DNA of 64,000 nt from positions 1,054,001-1,118,000 of the forward strand of contig JABVCE010000013.1 in the NCBI GenBank assembly GCA_014905635.1. The letters run 5' to 3'. Positions 41,363 through 53,466 of this stretch are shown here, piece by piece. The position numbers and the translations under genes were made by a program. How positions within the stretch are numbered: the stretch's first letter is position 1; every line of letters begins with the position of its first letter. A model generated the notes under the pieces. The model was given only the letters and a program-made list of their open reading frames with translations. It did no database searches and had not been told where the DNA came from. Origin of the DNA: Scenedesmus sp. PABB004 (taxonomy: Eukaryota).

Positions 41363-41981
41363 CAGTCCGTGCGCTGTGTCGGTCGCAGGGTGCGAGACCG
41401 CTGCGCGGGCCGCCGCTGCATGCGCGCCGACAGCGCCGGCGGCGGAGCGGCCGCGTCCGCGATGCAGGCGAGGGAAGGGGCTGCTGGACGGTGGTGAGGT
41501 GCGGGCTTCCAGGAGGGCCCCCCTGAGGAGTGTGTGGAGAAGCGGCCGCGCGGCGCGTGCGAGTTCGACGGACGCGCGGCTGAGCCCTGCGCCGCTGCCG
41601 GCCGACGCCGCCGGCGCGCGGCGCGCCCAAGGCCGCGGTGGCGCCCCAGAGCTGTTGCTGCAAGAGATAGCCCGCCCGGCCCCAGTCAGGGCGCGGTGCG
41701 GCGTCGGGGAGCAGGGGCGGCTCGGCTTGGCGCCGCCCGCCGACGGTCACACCGGCACGCGCGGCTGGCGGCCGGCTGGGGCCTGCCGCTCGGCCCTGAG
41801 CGGCTGCTCTCACCAGACGCACGGGAGCAGCCTCTGGCGCGCCGTCAGGTCAGGTCAAGGCCGAATGCACGTGTTTTTTTTGCGCGAAATACTCGCACGG
41901 CGGCGCCCGCACGCCCTCACTCCCCCGGCGCGCCATCTGCGTGCCCGTCCCCCTCCCCAGCCGCCTTGCCAATCAATCGCG

Positions 41982-44099
41982 ATGTTGCCGGCCCTCCTGC
42001 GCGCCGGCGCGGCGGGCGCGCCCGCCTGGGGCGGCTGCCTGCTGCAGGTGGGGCGCGGGGGCCTGCTCAGACCGCGTGGGCCGCGCGCCGGGCCCGCCCG
42101 GCGCGCCCGCCGGCGGCGCCGCGCCGCGCAGCACCTGCCGGCGGCGGCGGGGCAATCCCGGCGCCGTGCCGCGTCGCACGGCCGCTCGGCCGCGCCGGGA
42201 GGCCGGCCGGCGACCGCCGCTCGCGAACGCCGGCCGGCGGCAGGCCGGCGGCGCGACGCCGGCGCGCCAACCGCTGCCCGCCCGCCGCCGCTCCCCGCCG
42301 CAGGCGCTGCACGCGGCGGCGCCGGCGGCCGGCGCCGCCGTGCCGCCGCTCTGGGGCCCCGCCGCGCCGTGGCGCGCCTACAGCCGCAGCAGCCGCGCGG
42401 CGGCGGCGGGCGCGGCGCCGGCGTCGGCGTTCACGCACGTGAGCAGCATGACCGACCCGCTGCCCGCGATGGCGGAGCCGCTGCCCATCGGCCTCGCGGT
42501 GGACGAGATCTTCATCGACCACGACGCCGCGTTCTCCGCGGCAGAGACGCCCGCGAGCGGGCAGCTGCACGACGTGCGCCGGGCCGCGCGCCGCGCGGCG
42601 GGGCGCGGGCGGCGCACGGGCGCGGCGCGCGCCGCGCGCGCGCGCGGCGCCGCCGCTCGGCTGCGAGCGGCGCCGCCGCCGCCGCGCGCAGGAGGCGCCG
42701 ATCACCGCCATCTTCCTGCACGGCCTGCTGGGATCGAGCAGGAACTGGTGCGGCGCGCGCGGGCGCTGGCTACCGCTGCCACCGACGCGCGGCCGCTGCG
42801 GAGCCGGCGCCAGCACAGCACAGCACAGCGCGGCGCCGCCCACGCGCCGCCCGCCGCCCGCCGCCGCGCGCCGCGCGCCGCGACGCAGGCGCTCGTTCGC
42901 GCGCCGGCTCGCGCAGGAGGCGGCGGCGCGCGCGAGCCGCGACGTGCGCGTGCTGCTGGTCGACCTGCGCTGCCACGGCGCGTCGGCGTCGCGCTTCGGC
43001 ATGCACCCGCCGCACGACCTGGCGTCCGCGGCGAACGACGTCGCCGAGGTCGTGCGCTCCCACCTCGGCGGCGCCGCGCCGCACCTGGTCGTCGGGCTGA
43101 GCCTCGGCGGCAAGGTCGCGCTGCAGCTGCTCAAGCAGTTTGCCGCCAACGCCGAGGCGGCCGGCGAGGCGCGGGGCCGCCTCTACGACGGCGCGCCGCC
43201 CATCGCGCCGCCGGGGGAGCGGCCGGGCGCCGCCGGCGGGGGCGCCGCCGCAGGCGCCGGCGGCGGCGCGCCGGCCCCGCCGCCGACGCCCGCGGAGCCG
43301 CGCCCGTCGCTGCTGGGGCCCTCCGCCCCGGCGCTCCACGGCATGCCGCAGCAGGTCTGGGTGCTCGACAGTCAGCCGGGCACGGTGCCGCTCGACGTCG
43401 ACGCGCCCACGAGCGTGGGCAAGATCATCAGCCTGATCCACCAGATCCCGACGCCCCTGGAGAGCCGCGCCGCGCTGTCGGCGTTCCTCACCGCGCGCGG
43501 CATCCCGCTCGCGGTCGCGCAGTGGCTCGGCACGAGCCTCACGCCCGGCGGGCGCTACGGCAACCCCGAGATCGGCCTGGACTGGGTCTTTGACGTCCAG
43601 GGCGCCGCGGCGCTCTACAACTCCTACCGGTGCGGCCGCGGCGGCGGGCGGGGAGGGCGGGAGCGAGGCAGGGAGGGGAGGGAGGGAGCGAGGCAGGCAG
43701 GGGGGGGGGGCGACGCGCCGCTGCGGCGTGCGCTCGGACCTCCGCCGCCGCGTCGCGACGCGCCCCCCGCCGCCCGGCGCCGCCACGCCGCCGCGCGGCC
43801 GCGCCGCCAGGCTGAGCTCGTACTGGGACGTGATGTCCCGCCCGCCGCCGGGCGTGGTGGTGCACATGGTGCGCGGCGAGCTCTCCGACCGCTGGACGCC
43901 GGGCATGATCGACGCGCTCGCCGACGCGCACGCGCGCTGGGCGGCGGCGTCGTCGGAGGCGCCCGAGTCGGTGGGCGAGCTGCAGCTGCACACGCTCGAG
44001 CGCGCGGGGCACTGGCTGCAGGCCGACAACCCCGAGGGCCTGCACGCGCTCATGGAGCCCTGGTGCCGCGACCTGCACCAGAACCGCCTGCTCTTCTGA
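41982..44099 (+). CDS. Alpha/beta hydrolase, ABHD11-like, probably organelle-targeted
   Basis: IFLHGLLGSSRNW, VDLRCHGAS, nucleophile elbow GLSLGGKV, catalytic His in AGHWLQADNPEGL; TGTAA at 44233. Confidence 0.9.
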
Positions 44100-44378
44100 C
44101 AAACGGCGGGCCCTTGGCAGCCTGCGCGCGCGCCCGGGCGGCCGCCTTTTGCGGCGCCCGGCGGCGGCAGCGGTAGCGGGAGAGGGGAGGGAGACCCGAG
44201 CCGCGCATTGCGAGCCCTGCAAGAGAACCTGATGTAACAGCACGGCGCAGCGCAGCGCAGAGGGGCTCTCCCCTCCCCCCGCCAGTTGCCGTGGTAAACG
44301 CTCGACCTCTGCCGGCCGCTGCGGCAGCGGCAGCGGCAGCAGCGCCGACCGCCGCCGCCGCCGCCGCTCCCGCCGCGG

Positions 44379-45312
44379 ATGGAGCGGATGGAGCCCGCGC
44401 CCTGGGGACGCACAGAGCCCGCGCAGATCCTCGTGGAGACGAGGTGGGCGGGCGCCAGCAGCAGCGTTGCGCGGAGTGGCGAGCAGCAGCAGCAGCAGCA
44501 GCAGCGAAACGGCCCACCAACCGCCGTCTCCGCGTCGCCGCTGCAGCCCCGGCGCCGACCTGGCGGCGCTGCGCGCGTTCCGCTACACGCCGGCCTGCAC
44601 CGGCGCGCCGCCCGAGGCGCTGCTCGCCGACGCGGCTGGCTGCGCGTGCGGCGCGGCGTGCAGCGCGGCGGCGTGCGCGTGCGCCGCCGAGTCGCGTCGC
44701 GGCCTGGACGCGCTGGCGGCGCGCGGCCGCGGCGCGGGCGTCGTCGTGCTGCTCGAGTGCGGCCCGGCGTGCAGCTGCGGCCCGGGCTGCGCTGGCCGCA
44801 CCACGCAGGGCGGCGTGGTGGTCCCGCTCGTGCTGACCTGGAACGCGGGCAAGGGCTGGTGTGTGCGCGCCCAGGACGCCATCCCTCAGGGCGAATTTGT
44901 CTGCGAGTATGCAGGCGAGTGGGTCGGCCGCGCCGAGGCCGCCGCACACCTCGCCAGCTACGACGCCCAGGGCGGCGGCCATGCGCTGCTCGTCGTGCGC
45001 GTTACGCTGCCTTCGGGCGCCGCCGCGCTCACGTGTCGCATCGACGGCACGCGCGCGGGCAACGTCGCGCGCTTTGTCAACCACGACTGCGCCGGCGGCA
45101 ACCTCGAGCCCGTCGTCGTGAGCAGCCGGGGCGCGCTGCTGCCGCGCGTTGCGCTCTTCGCGGCGCGGCGCATCGCCGCCGGCGAGGAGCTCACGTTTTC
45201 GTACGCGCACGGCGCGGCCGCGCCGGCCGACGCCGACGGCGCGCCCCGCGCGGCGCGGCGCTGCTGCTGCGGCGCGGAGGGCTGCTCGGGGTTCCTGCCG
45301 GCCACGCGCTAG
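44379..45312 (+). CDS. Pre-SET/SET/post-SET lysine methyltransferase (SUVR3/SETMAR-like)
   Basis: ECGPACSCGPGC, KGWCVRA...GEFVCEYAGE, GNVARFVNHDC, GEELTFSY, CCCGAEGCSGFLP. Short first exon 44379-44443 is inferred. Confidence 0.9.
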
Positions 45313-45441
45313 CGTGGCGGGCGTTGGCGGTGGGCGCGCCGCGGTCGGCCATGGCGGCGGCGGCGGGCGCCTCGCGCGCGCAGGCGGGCAACCGTCACCA
45401 CCACCACCTCCCGTGCCTCGCGCCGCGCGCGCGCGCGCGCC

Positions 45442-46176
45442 TCACAGCGCGGCGTCGCCCAGCTGCCGCGCCGCCTCGAGCGCCGCGACCTCGCCGCGCA
45501 GCGCCGCGACGCGGCCGGCGAGCTCGTCGGGCGCGGTGTGGAAGAGGGGCAGCACCGCCCGCTCCAGCTCCTTCTCGCCGCGCGCCTGGTGCAGCAGCGC
45601 CGCATACTCGTTCTGCTGCGCCACCAGGCGGTTCATCTCCCCAGCGAGCGCGCGGCTCACGCCCTCGAGCGCGGCCGCCGCCTCGGCGACCTCCGGCACG
45701 CGCAGCCCCGGCGCAGGCGTGGGCGCGCCGCTCGCGGCGCCGCCGCTCGACGCGCTGCGCGCCGCGCTGCGCGTGCTGCCGGCCACCGACGGCGCGCCGC
45801 TGCCGCCGCCGCCGCCGCCGCCACCGCCGGGCGCCGCCAGCGGCGCGCTCTGCCAGCCGGGCGGGAAGGCGAGCGCGTGCAGCCGCCCCGCGGCGGCGCG
45901 CTGGCGCTCGAGCTGCGCCGGCAGCTCGCCCAGGAGCTGCTGCAGCCGCGTGTCGCCGGCGCTCCGCGCGGCCGCGAGGCTCTGCAGCTGCTCCGTGAGG
46001 CGCATGAGCGGGACGTAGCTCGGCGTGCGCGGCGCGCTGCGGGGCGGGCGCGCGCGAGCGCGGCGGGGGCGCGTGAGCGCGCGCGGCGGGGCGGAGGCCA
46101 TCTGCACGCGCGCCCGCGCCCGCGCCCGCACCTGAGCGACGCGGCGGTGGCGGCCGGCGGCGTGGCGGGCGCGTGG

Positions 46177-46266
<90 letters not shown>

Positions 46267-48424
46267 TCCAGCGGCGCCGCATCCAGCGTGAGGGTGCCCT
46301 CGGCCGCCGCCTGCAGCGCCAGCAGGTAGGCGTCGCCCGGCTGCAGGTTGCTGCGCTGCTGCCCCTGCTGCAACGCGTGCTGCGCCGCGACGCACCTGCG
46401 GCGGCGGCAGCGGCGCAGGCCGCTCGCAGTGCGGCCAGGACGCGCTGCGCTGCGCCGCGCCGCACCGCGCGGCAGCGCGCACCTGTTGATGCGTGCGCGC
46501 GCCGCGTCGGCGTGGCCCTGCAGCTGCGCCGCCGCGTCGGCGAGCTCGCCGTGCAGGCCGCGCAGGCGCGCCTGCTCCTCGCGCGCGAGCAGCAGCAGCA
46601 GCAGGTGCCGCGCCGTCACGCCCAGCAGGCTGCCCAGCACCGCCTGCTTGCGCTGCCCCGCGGCGGCCATCTTGAGGAGCTGGCGGTCGTAGTCGCCGGC
46701 GACGATGTACGTGTCGTTCAGCCGCGCCAGGTCCTCGGTCAGCGCCGGCACCTCGTCGCTGCCGAGCACCTGGCGCCGCTCCTCGAGCGCCGCCACCTCG
46801 GCCGACAGCTGCGCGACCGCGTCCTGCGAGGGGGGCGAGCGCACGGCCCACGTGTGCGAACGTGCGGCGCGCGCGCGCGGGCTCGTCCGCACGGGCGCTG
46901 CGCCGCGCGCGTCGCAGCGCAGCCGGACTCACCGGCCCCATCTTGTGCAGCCGCGCAAAGCCGCCGCTGCCGGCGCGCACCTCCTGCGCCGCCGCGAGCT
47001 GGCCCTTGACGCCTGCGCCCGCCGCGGCAGCAGAGTCGGCCGCCGCGCCCGCGCAGCGCCGCGCCGGCGGCCTGCCGAGCCGCGCGGCCGACGCACCCGC
47101 CTCGGCGACCTCTGCCCGTATGAGCTCGTCCAGCACCAGCTTGAACGCCAGGCGCTGCCGCGTGAGCTCGCGCAGCAGCGCCGCGTTGCGCGCCTCCTGG
47201 TCGGCGTGGCGCCGGATGTCCGATTCCAGCAGCGCCTCCGCACGGTTGCTCTTGCCGCGCTCGCGCGGCGTCAGCAGCGGCAGGCCCTGCGCGCCCGCGC
47301 CCTGCCCGCCCGCCTGCTTCTGCTGCCCCCGTGGCGTGAGCGCTGACGCAAAGCCGCCGCCGCCGCCGCCACCGCCGCCGCGCGCGGTCGCGGCGCCGCC
47401 CTTGGGCGGCAGGCCGCCCGCGTGCAGCAGCGCGCTCGCGGGCGAGGCGGCCGCGCCGCCGGGGCCGGGCGTCGCCGAGGCGGGGTCCAGCTGGCGCACC
47501 ACGCCCGCTGCGTTGAGAAGCTGCATCGCCCTGCGACGTGCGGCCGCGGCAGCGCACGGGTGAGGCCGCCCACGCGTGAGCGCGCCGCCGCGCGCGCGCC
47601 GCCGCCGCTCGCGCCCGCCGCACCTGTCGAACAGCTGCCGCGCCGCCTCGTCCTGCTCGCCGTATCCGCCCAGGTCTGCCGCCGCGAGCAGCCAGCGCTC
47701 CGGCTGCTCGCGCGCGAGCACCGATAGCCCGCCGCACGTGTCGGCGAGGCCGCGCAGCACGCAGTTGAGCTCGACGTTGAGCGCGTCCGCCTCGGCGCGC
47801 GCCGCCGCGAGCTCGTGGCCCGCGCGCGCGCGCAGCGCGGCGGCCGCGGGCTGCCCCGCGCGCGCGGCGCGCGTCGAGGCGTCCAGGCGCGCCGCGAGGC
47901 CCTTGAGCTCCAGCACCTGCGCCTCCAGGTGCGCCACGTGCGCGCGCTTCGCCTGCGGCGGCGGTGGCGCGGCCGTGCGCGTTGCGGCCGGGTTGGCGGG
48001 CGGCCAGCGCGCCGCCGCTGCACGCCGCCCTGGCAGCGCCCCCCCCACACCTCGACCGCGGCCGCGAGGTCGTCGCCGTCGGGCGCGGGCGCCATCCAGT
48101 CGCCGCCGTCGCCGTCGGCCGGCGGATCGTCCTCGCCGTCGTCGCTGGCGCTGCCGAGGGCGTCGTACAGCTCCGCGTTGGGGCCGCGCGCGAGCAGCAG
48201 CTCCGCGTGCGCGGCCGCGTCGGCGGCGCTCACAAAGTTGTCCCGCGACAGCCGGCTGGCCAGGAACTTGAACACCGGCGCGCTCTCCAGCCAGGCCACC
48301 GTGCTGGGCGGCAGCTCCTCGCTGTAGCCGACGGAGCGGAGGAAGAGCAGGAACGAGCCCGCCGTCACGCCCGCCGCGCGGCCCGCGGCGCGCCGCCGCC
48401 GCCGCCGCCCGCGGTGGGGGGCAT
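45442..48424 (-). CDS. HAUS3: Augmin complex subunit 3 (HAUS3/AUG3); 5' end unresolved
   Basis: FLLFLRSVGYSEELPPSTVAWLESAPVFKFLASRLSRDNFVS (HAUS3 N-terminus) and LTEDLARLNDTYIVAGDYDRQLLK...ARHLLL (cf. plant AUG3 LQDTYILQGDYDLK); C-terminal LFHTAPDELAGRV. The ATG at 48424 is not in frame as assembled. Confidence 0.8.
46177..46266. repeat. 9-bp tandem repeat (TCGCCGCCC)~10 encoding (GGE)n in HAUS3
   Basis: Read directly; the minus-strand translation is GGEGGEGGE... Confidence 0.9.
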
Positions 48425-48780
48425 GGCGGCTCGCGGCGCAGAGCGGGGACGGGGACGGGGGGCCTGGGGCGCGCGGGTGCGGGCGGCGCGGCGCGGAGGC
48501 CCACCCGCCACGCCTGCGGCGGCCCGATCGCGGCCCGACGCTGAGGCCCCGCGCGGGTGTTGTGGAGCGGGGTGAGGCCGTGAGGCAGCGCGGGGAGGCG
48601 GCGGCGGCGCCGCCGACAGCCCGGTCGAAAAAGAACACGACGGCGGCGAACTGCGCCTGAAAGTGCCCCGCTGCTCCTCACTGGCATCGCAGCCCGAACG
48701 CGGCACGGCCGCAGCAGCAGGCAGCGAGGCGCGGCGGCGGCACCGCGCGCGGCAGCGGAGCGCAGCAGCTGCGCAGAGCG

Positions 48781-51700
48781 ATGCGGGCGGCCCGCGCGGC
48801 CGGCGGCGCACCACCGCCTCAGCCGTGGTGGCGCTCGCGCTGCGTTGCCGTGGCCGCGGCGGCCGACGGCGGGCAGCCGCGGGCGGCGCCGCCGCCGGTC
48901 GTGCTCTCGCCGCTGCCCCCGCCCGGCGCGGCGCCGCAGTCGGGCCCGCTCGGCGCGTGGTGCGAGGAGGAGCCGAGCGACGGCTACGTCGGGCCGGCGC
49001 CGGTGCGGCAGCAGCAGCAGCGGCAGCGGCGGGGGCCCGACAACGACGCGCCGCGCCGCGGCGGCGGCGGCCGGAGCGCGCAGCCGCGACGCTGGAAGCA
49101 GCAGCAGGGCGAGCCGGGCCAGCAGGGCCAGCAGGGCGAGGAGCCGCCGCGCGACATGTCGCGCCTGCTGACCAAGCACATCGGGCAGCGCGACAGCGCG
49201 GCCGGTCTGCTGGCGCTCATGCGGGAGCCCTCGCGCGCGCGCTCGCTGGCGGGCGTGCGGCTCAACACGGTCCACGTTGCGACCGCGCTGCGCGTGCTCG
49301 TGGACGTGCGGCGGCAGCGGCCGCCGCACCGCCGCGCCGGCGGGGCGCCGCCGCGCGGCGCCGACGCCGGCGCCGACACCAGCGACAGCGGGGCGCGCGA
49401 CGACGCGGGCGAGGACGCCGCGGCGGCGGAGCTGCTGCAGCTGCTCGACGCGCTCGCGGCGGCGCAGCTCGAGGCGGGGGCGGGCCCGCCGCCGGACGTT
49501 CGGTCGCTGTCGACGCTCGTTTACTCCTGGGGCAAGCTCGCGCACCGGCCGGCGCCGGCACTGCTGGAGCGCCTGCTCGCGGCGTTCCTGCAGCAGCTCG
49601 AGCGGCGGACGCAGCAGGCGCACCAGCAGCAGCCGCTGCGGGGCCCGCCGGAGCAGCCGGCGGGCGCAGCAGCTGCAGCTGCGGCCGCGGCACCGCCGCC
49701 GCCGGACGACCAGGCGCACTGCCGCGCGCTGTCAAACCTGTGCTGGGGGCTCGCCAAGCTGGGGTACGGCTGCAGCCAGCCGTACCAGCAGCGCGGCGAC
49801 CCGCTCGCGCAGCCGCCGGCGGCGGCGGCGCTCGTCGCGCAGCAGGCCGCCTGGGCGGCGCTCGCGCGCGCGGTGCTGCTGCTCGCGCCCGCCGCGACGC
49901 CGCGCGACCTCTCCAGCCTCTGCTACGCCTTTGCGGCGGGCGGGCACCGCGACGTGGTGCTGTGGAGCAGCCTCGCGCCGCGCGTGACGGCGGCGCTCGG
50001 CGACTTCACGCCCCACGACCTCTCCGCCGCGCTCTGGGCGTACGCCACCGCCGGCGTGCCCAACCAGGTGCGGGGGTGCGCGCGGCCGCCGCGGGGGCGG
50101 GGCCGTGCGGCGCCGGCAGGCTGCCGGCGGGCAGGCTGCTGCCGCCGCCGCCATCAACGCCCCCGCCGCCGCGACCCTGCGCCTGCCGCCCCGCGCGCGA
50201 CAGGCGCTCTTTCGCGGCGCGGCGGCAGCCGCCAGGCAGCTGCTGCCTGGCTTCACGCCCCAGGGCCTGGCCAACGTGCTGTGGGCGTTCACGGCCTGCC
50301 TGGACCGCGTGCCGCCGGAGCTGTCGTCTGCCGCGTCGGCCGAGTGCCTGCGGCGCGGCAGCCTCGCTGGCTTCGGCCCGATCAACCTCTCACTGCTCGC
50401 GTGGGTGGCCGCCAAGGCGGGCTCGATCGACCCGCTGCTCGCGGCGGCGCTGTCGCGCGCCGCGGCGGCGAGCCTGCCCAGCTTCCGCGCGCCCGAGCTC
50501 TGCCGCCTGCTGAGCGCGCTCGCGCACCTGGGCGCCGCCGACGCGGCGCTGCTGGACGCGGCCGAGCCGCGGCTGCTTGCCGAGCTGGAGCGCGGCGCGC
50601 TCAGCGTGCAGGTCGCGGCGCACGGCGTGTGGGCGTTTGCCGCGGCGGGCGCGCCCGGCGCGGCGCGGCTGCTGCCGCCGCTGCTCGAGCTCGCCGCCGC
50701 GCACGTGCGCGTGCTCGTGCGCAGCGGCGACGCGACGGCGCGCCTGCTGAGCACGCTGGTGCTGATGCGGCACCGCGCCGACGGCTTCATGGCGCTGCTG
50801 GCCGACACGCTCACGGCGGGCGCGGCGGCGGACGCGCCGCCCGGCGGCGGCGCCGCGGCGGCAGCGGGCGGCGGCGCGGGCGCGGCAGCTGGCGGCGCCG
50901 CGCCGGCGCCGGCGCCGGCGGTGAACCACCTGGCGCAGTGGGACGTCAAGTACTTGATGCAGGCGGCCGCCTGCCTCGCGCGGCTGGGCCACACCGAGCA
51001 CCACGCCCTGCTGGCGCTGCTGACGGCGCAGTTCCTGGCGCGCCTGCCGCCAGGCGTGGCACCCGCCGGCGCCCGCGGCGGCGGCGGCGGCGGCGGCGGC
51101 GAGGACGCCGGCCAGGTCGCGGGGCTGCGCGCGGCGCTGCAGCACGCCATCCTGCTGCTCTGGGCGGCGGCCGTGCTGGACGCGCGGGGCGCCATGCCGC
51201 AGCTCGTGCGCGTCGCCGCGCTGCTGCGCGGCGCGGGCGGCGTGGCGCTGAGCGACAAGGCGCTGGCGCAGCTGGTGCAGGTGCACATGTGGGCGCAGGT
51301 GAGAGGAGCGGCGCGGGGTCCGAGCCGCGCGCCGGGCCCCTGCGCCGCGTCGCGCGGCCCCCTGACCGCGCGCGCCGCGGCCGCAGGCGCTCGGCCCCGC
51401 CGGCGCGCCGCTCGTCGCGGCGCTGCCGGCGCGGCTGGTGGCGCAGGTGACGCACATGTGGCAGCACGAGCTCGTGCCCGCGGTGCAGCGCAGCGGGCTG
51501 CACAGCCAGGTGCTGCTCGCGCTCACGGCGCTGCGGCTGCGCCCCGTGTGCGAGGGCATCACGCCGGACGGCATGTTCAGCGTTGACGTCATGCTGCGCT
51601 ACAAGGGCGCTGACGTGGCGCTGGAGGTCATGGGCGCGGAGCACTACACCTCCAACACGCTGCCCCTTGGCATGCCACCGGCGCCACCGGCGCCCGCGGC

Positions 51701-52352
51701 GGCGGCGGCGGCGGTGCAGCAGCAGCAGCAGCACGTGCAGGCGCAGCGGCGGCACCACCTGCTGCTGGGCCCCGAGCAGCTGCGCCTGCGGCTGCTCGCG
51801 GCGCGCGGCTACGCGCTCGCCACGGTCAGCAGCTTTGACTGGGAGGCGCGCGGCGGCACCGCCGCCGGCGCCGCGGCGCTCCTGCTGGGCAAGCTGGACG
51901 ACGCGGTTGCCGCGCACGCAGCGGCGGCGGCGGCGACGCAGCAGGAGCAGCAGCAGCAGCTGGGCGGCGCGGCGGCGCCCGCGCGCGGGCGTGCGGCGGA
52001 CCGCCGGCGGACGGCGGCTCGCGGGCCGCAGCCAGGCCGCTACGGCGACGACGGCGGCGCGGCCGCGGAGCCGCCGGCCGTCGTGTCGCGCCTGCTCGCG
52101 CAGGCGGGCCGCAGCCGGCGCGCGGCGCGCGGGCTGCTGCGGCGGCAGCAGTACGCGCAGGACCGCGCGGCCGCGCAGGCGCAGGGCGCGGGGCTGCTGC
52201 TCGCGGCCGCCGGCGCGGCTGGCGCGGCGCCGTCGGAGCACGCCGGCGCCGCCGCCAGCGCCGAGCCGGCGCCGGGCGCGGCGGCGCTGCTGGGCGAGGG
52301 GGACGGCGAGTTTGACATGGAGCTCGACCTGGACGCGCTGGCGGGCGAGTGA
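48781..52352 (+). CDS. Octotricopeptide-repeat (OPR) protein with C-terminal RAP domain (organellar RNA metabolism)
   Basis: Repeats RSLSTLVYSWGKL, RALSNLCWGLAKLG, PRDLSSLCYAFA, FTPHDLSAALWAYAT, FTPQGLANVLWAF; RAP-like EGITPDGMFSVDV...VALEV.G..HY...LRLRLLAARGY...V...DW. Confidence 0.88.
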
Positions 52353-52592
52353 CGCCCGGTTCTTGAGTAGTGGCGTCGAGAGCGCGTCGCGCGCGCTGCG
52401 CGCCGTGCGTGAAACCGCGAGGTTTTTGCTCAGCGGCGCCCGAACCGGCTCGTGTTTACGTTTCGTGCAGCTCGGAGCCAATAGAGCGGTTGCAGCGCCA
52501 GCAGCAGCGCGTGCGCCGGGCGCAGGCAGCGCGCTCTTGCTGCGGCCGGCGCCGGCGGCGGCCCAGCGGCGCCCGCCGCAGCCGGACCCACG

Positions 52593-53431
52593 ATGGCTGC
52601 GATAACCGCGCAGTGCGATTTCGTGGCGGCCGGGGTGAACCGCATCGTGGGGGCGCTGGACTGGGGCGACGCGGGCATCGCCTACGCCGCGCACGCGCTT
52701 GTGTGCGTCTACGACCCAGAGGTGCGGCGCGTCAGGGCCAGCACGGTCTAGCGCCTTCGCACGCCGCCGCAGGCAGGCAGGCGCTGTGTCGGCGGCAGCG
52801 CGCGGCGGCAGCGGCAGCAGCGGTGCGGCGGCCGGCCGCCCCATCCCAGCCGCGCCGCGCGGCGGCCTGCGCAGGCGGCGCAGGTGGTGGGCACGCTGAT
52901 AGGGCACCGTGGGCCAGTGAACTGCGTGCGCTGGCTGACGGCGGCGGCTTGCCCGCGGGGCGCGGCGCTGCTGCTCTCGGGCGCGTGCGACGGCGCGGTG
53001 CGCCTCTGGGCCTGGTTCGGCCGCCGCGCCGACCCGCCCTGGTGCTGCGTCGCGGAGCTCCAGGGCCACGCCAGCCCGGTGACGAGCCTGGCGCTGCACC
53101 AGCTCCCCGACGGCGACCTGTTGCTGGCGAGCACGTCGGCCGACCCAGTCTTGCGGCTGTGGCAGTGCAGCCCGGGCGACGGCGGCGGCGCCGGCGCCGG
53201 CGCGGCCTTGCCGGAGCAGCTGGCGGCGGCGTACGGCGCCGCAGCGTGGCGGCCGCAGGCGTCGGTGCACGTGGGCACCCACATCCAGCACTGCGTCGCG
53301 CTGGCGGCGCTGCCGGATGCCCCGCGCTGGCTGATCATGGCCACCGGCGGCACCGACTCGACCGTGCGCCTCTTCGTGCGCGGCCCCACGTGCGAGCAGC
53401 AGGGGGAGCAGCAGCAGCAGCAGCAGCAGCA

Positions 53432-53466
<35 letters not shown>

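Noticed and set aside
45442..49719. 1425 aa ORF, and other long Arg/Ala/Pro-rich ORFs such as 50946..54380 and 56152..58653
   Set aside because: Stop-codon scarcity in very GC-rich DNA; they are antisense shadows or read-throughs of introns of real genes.
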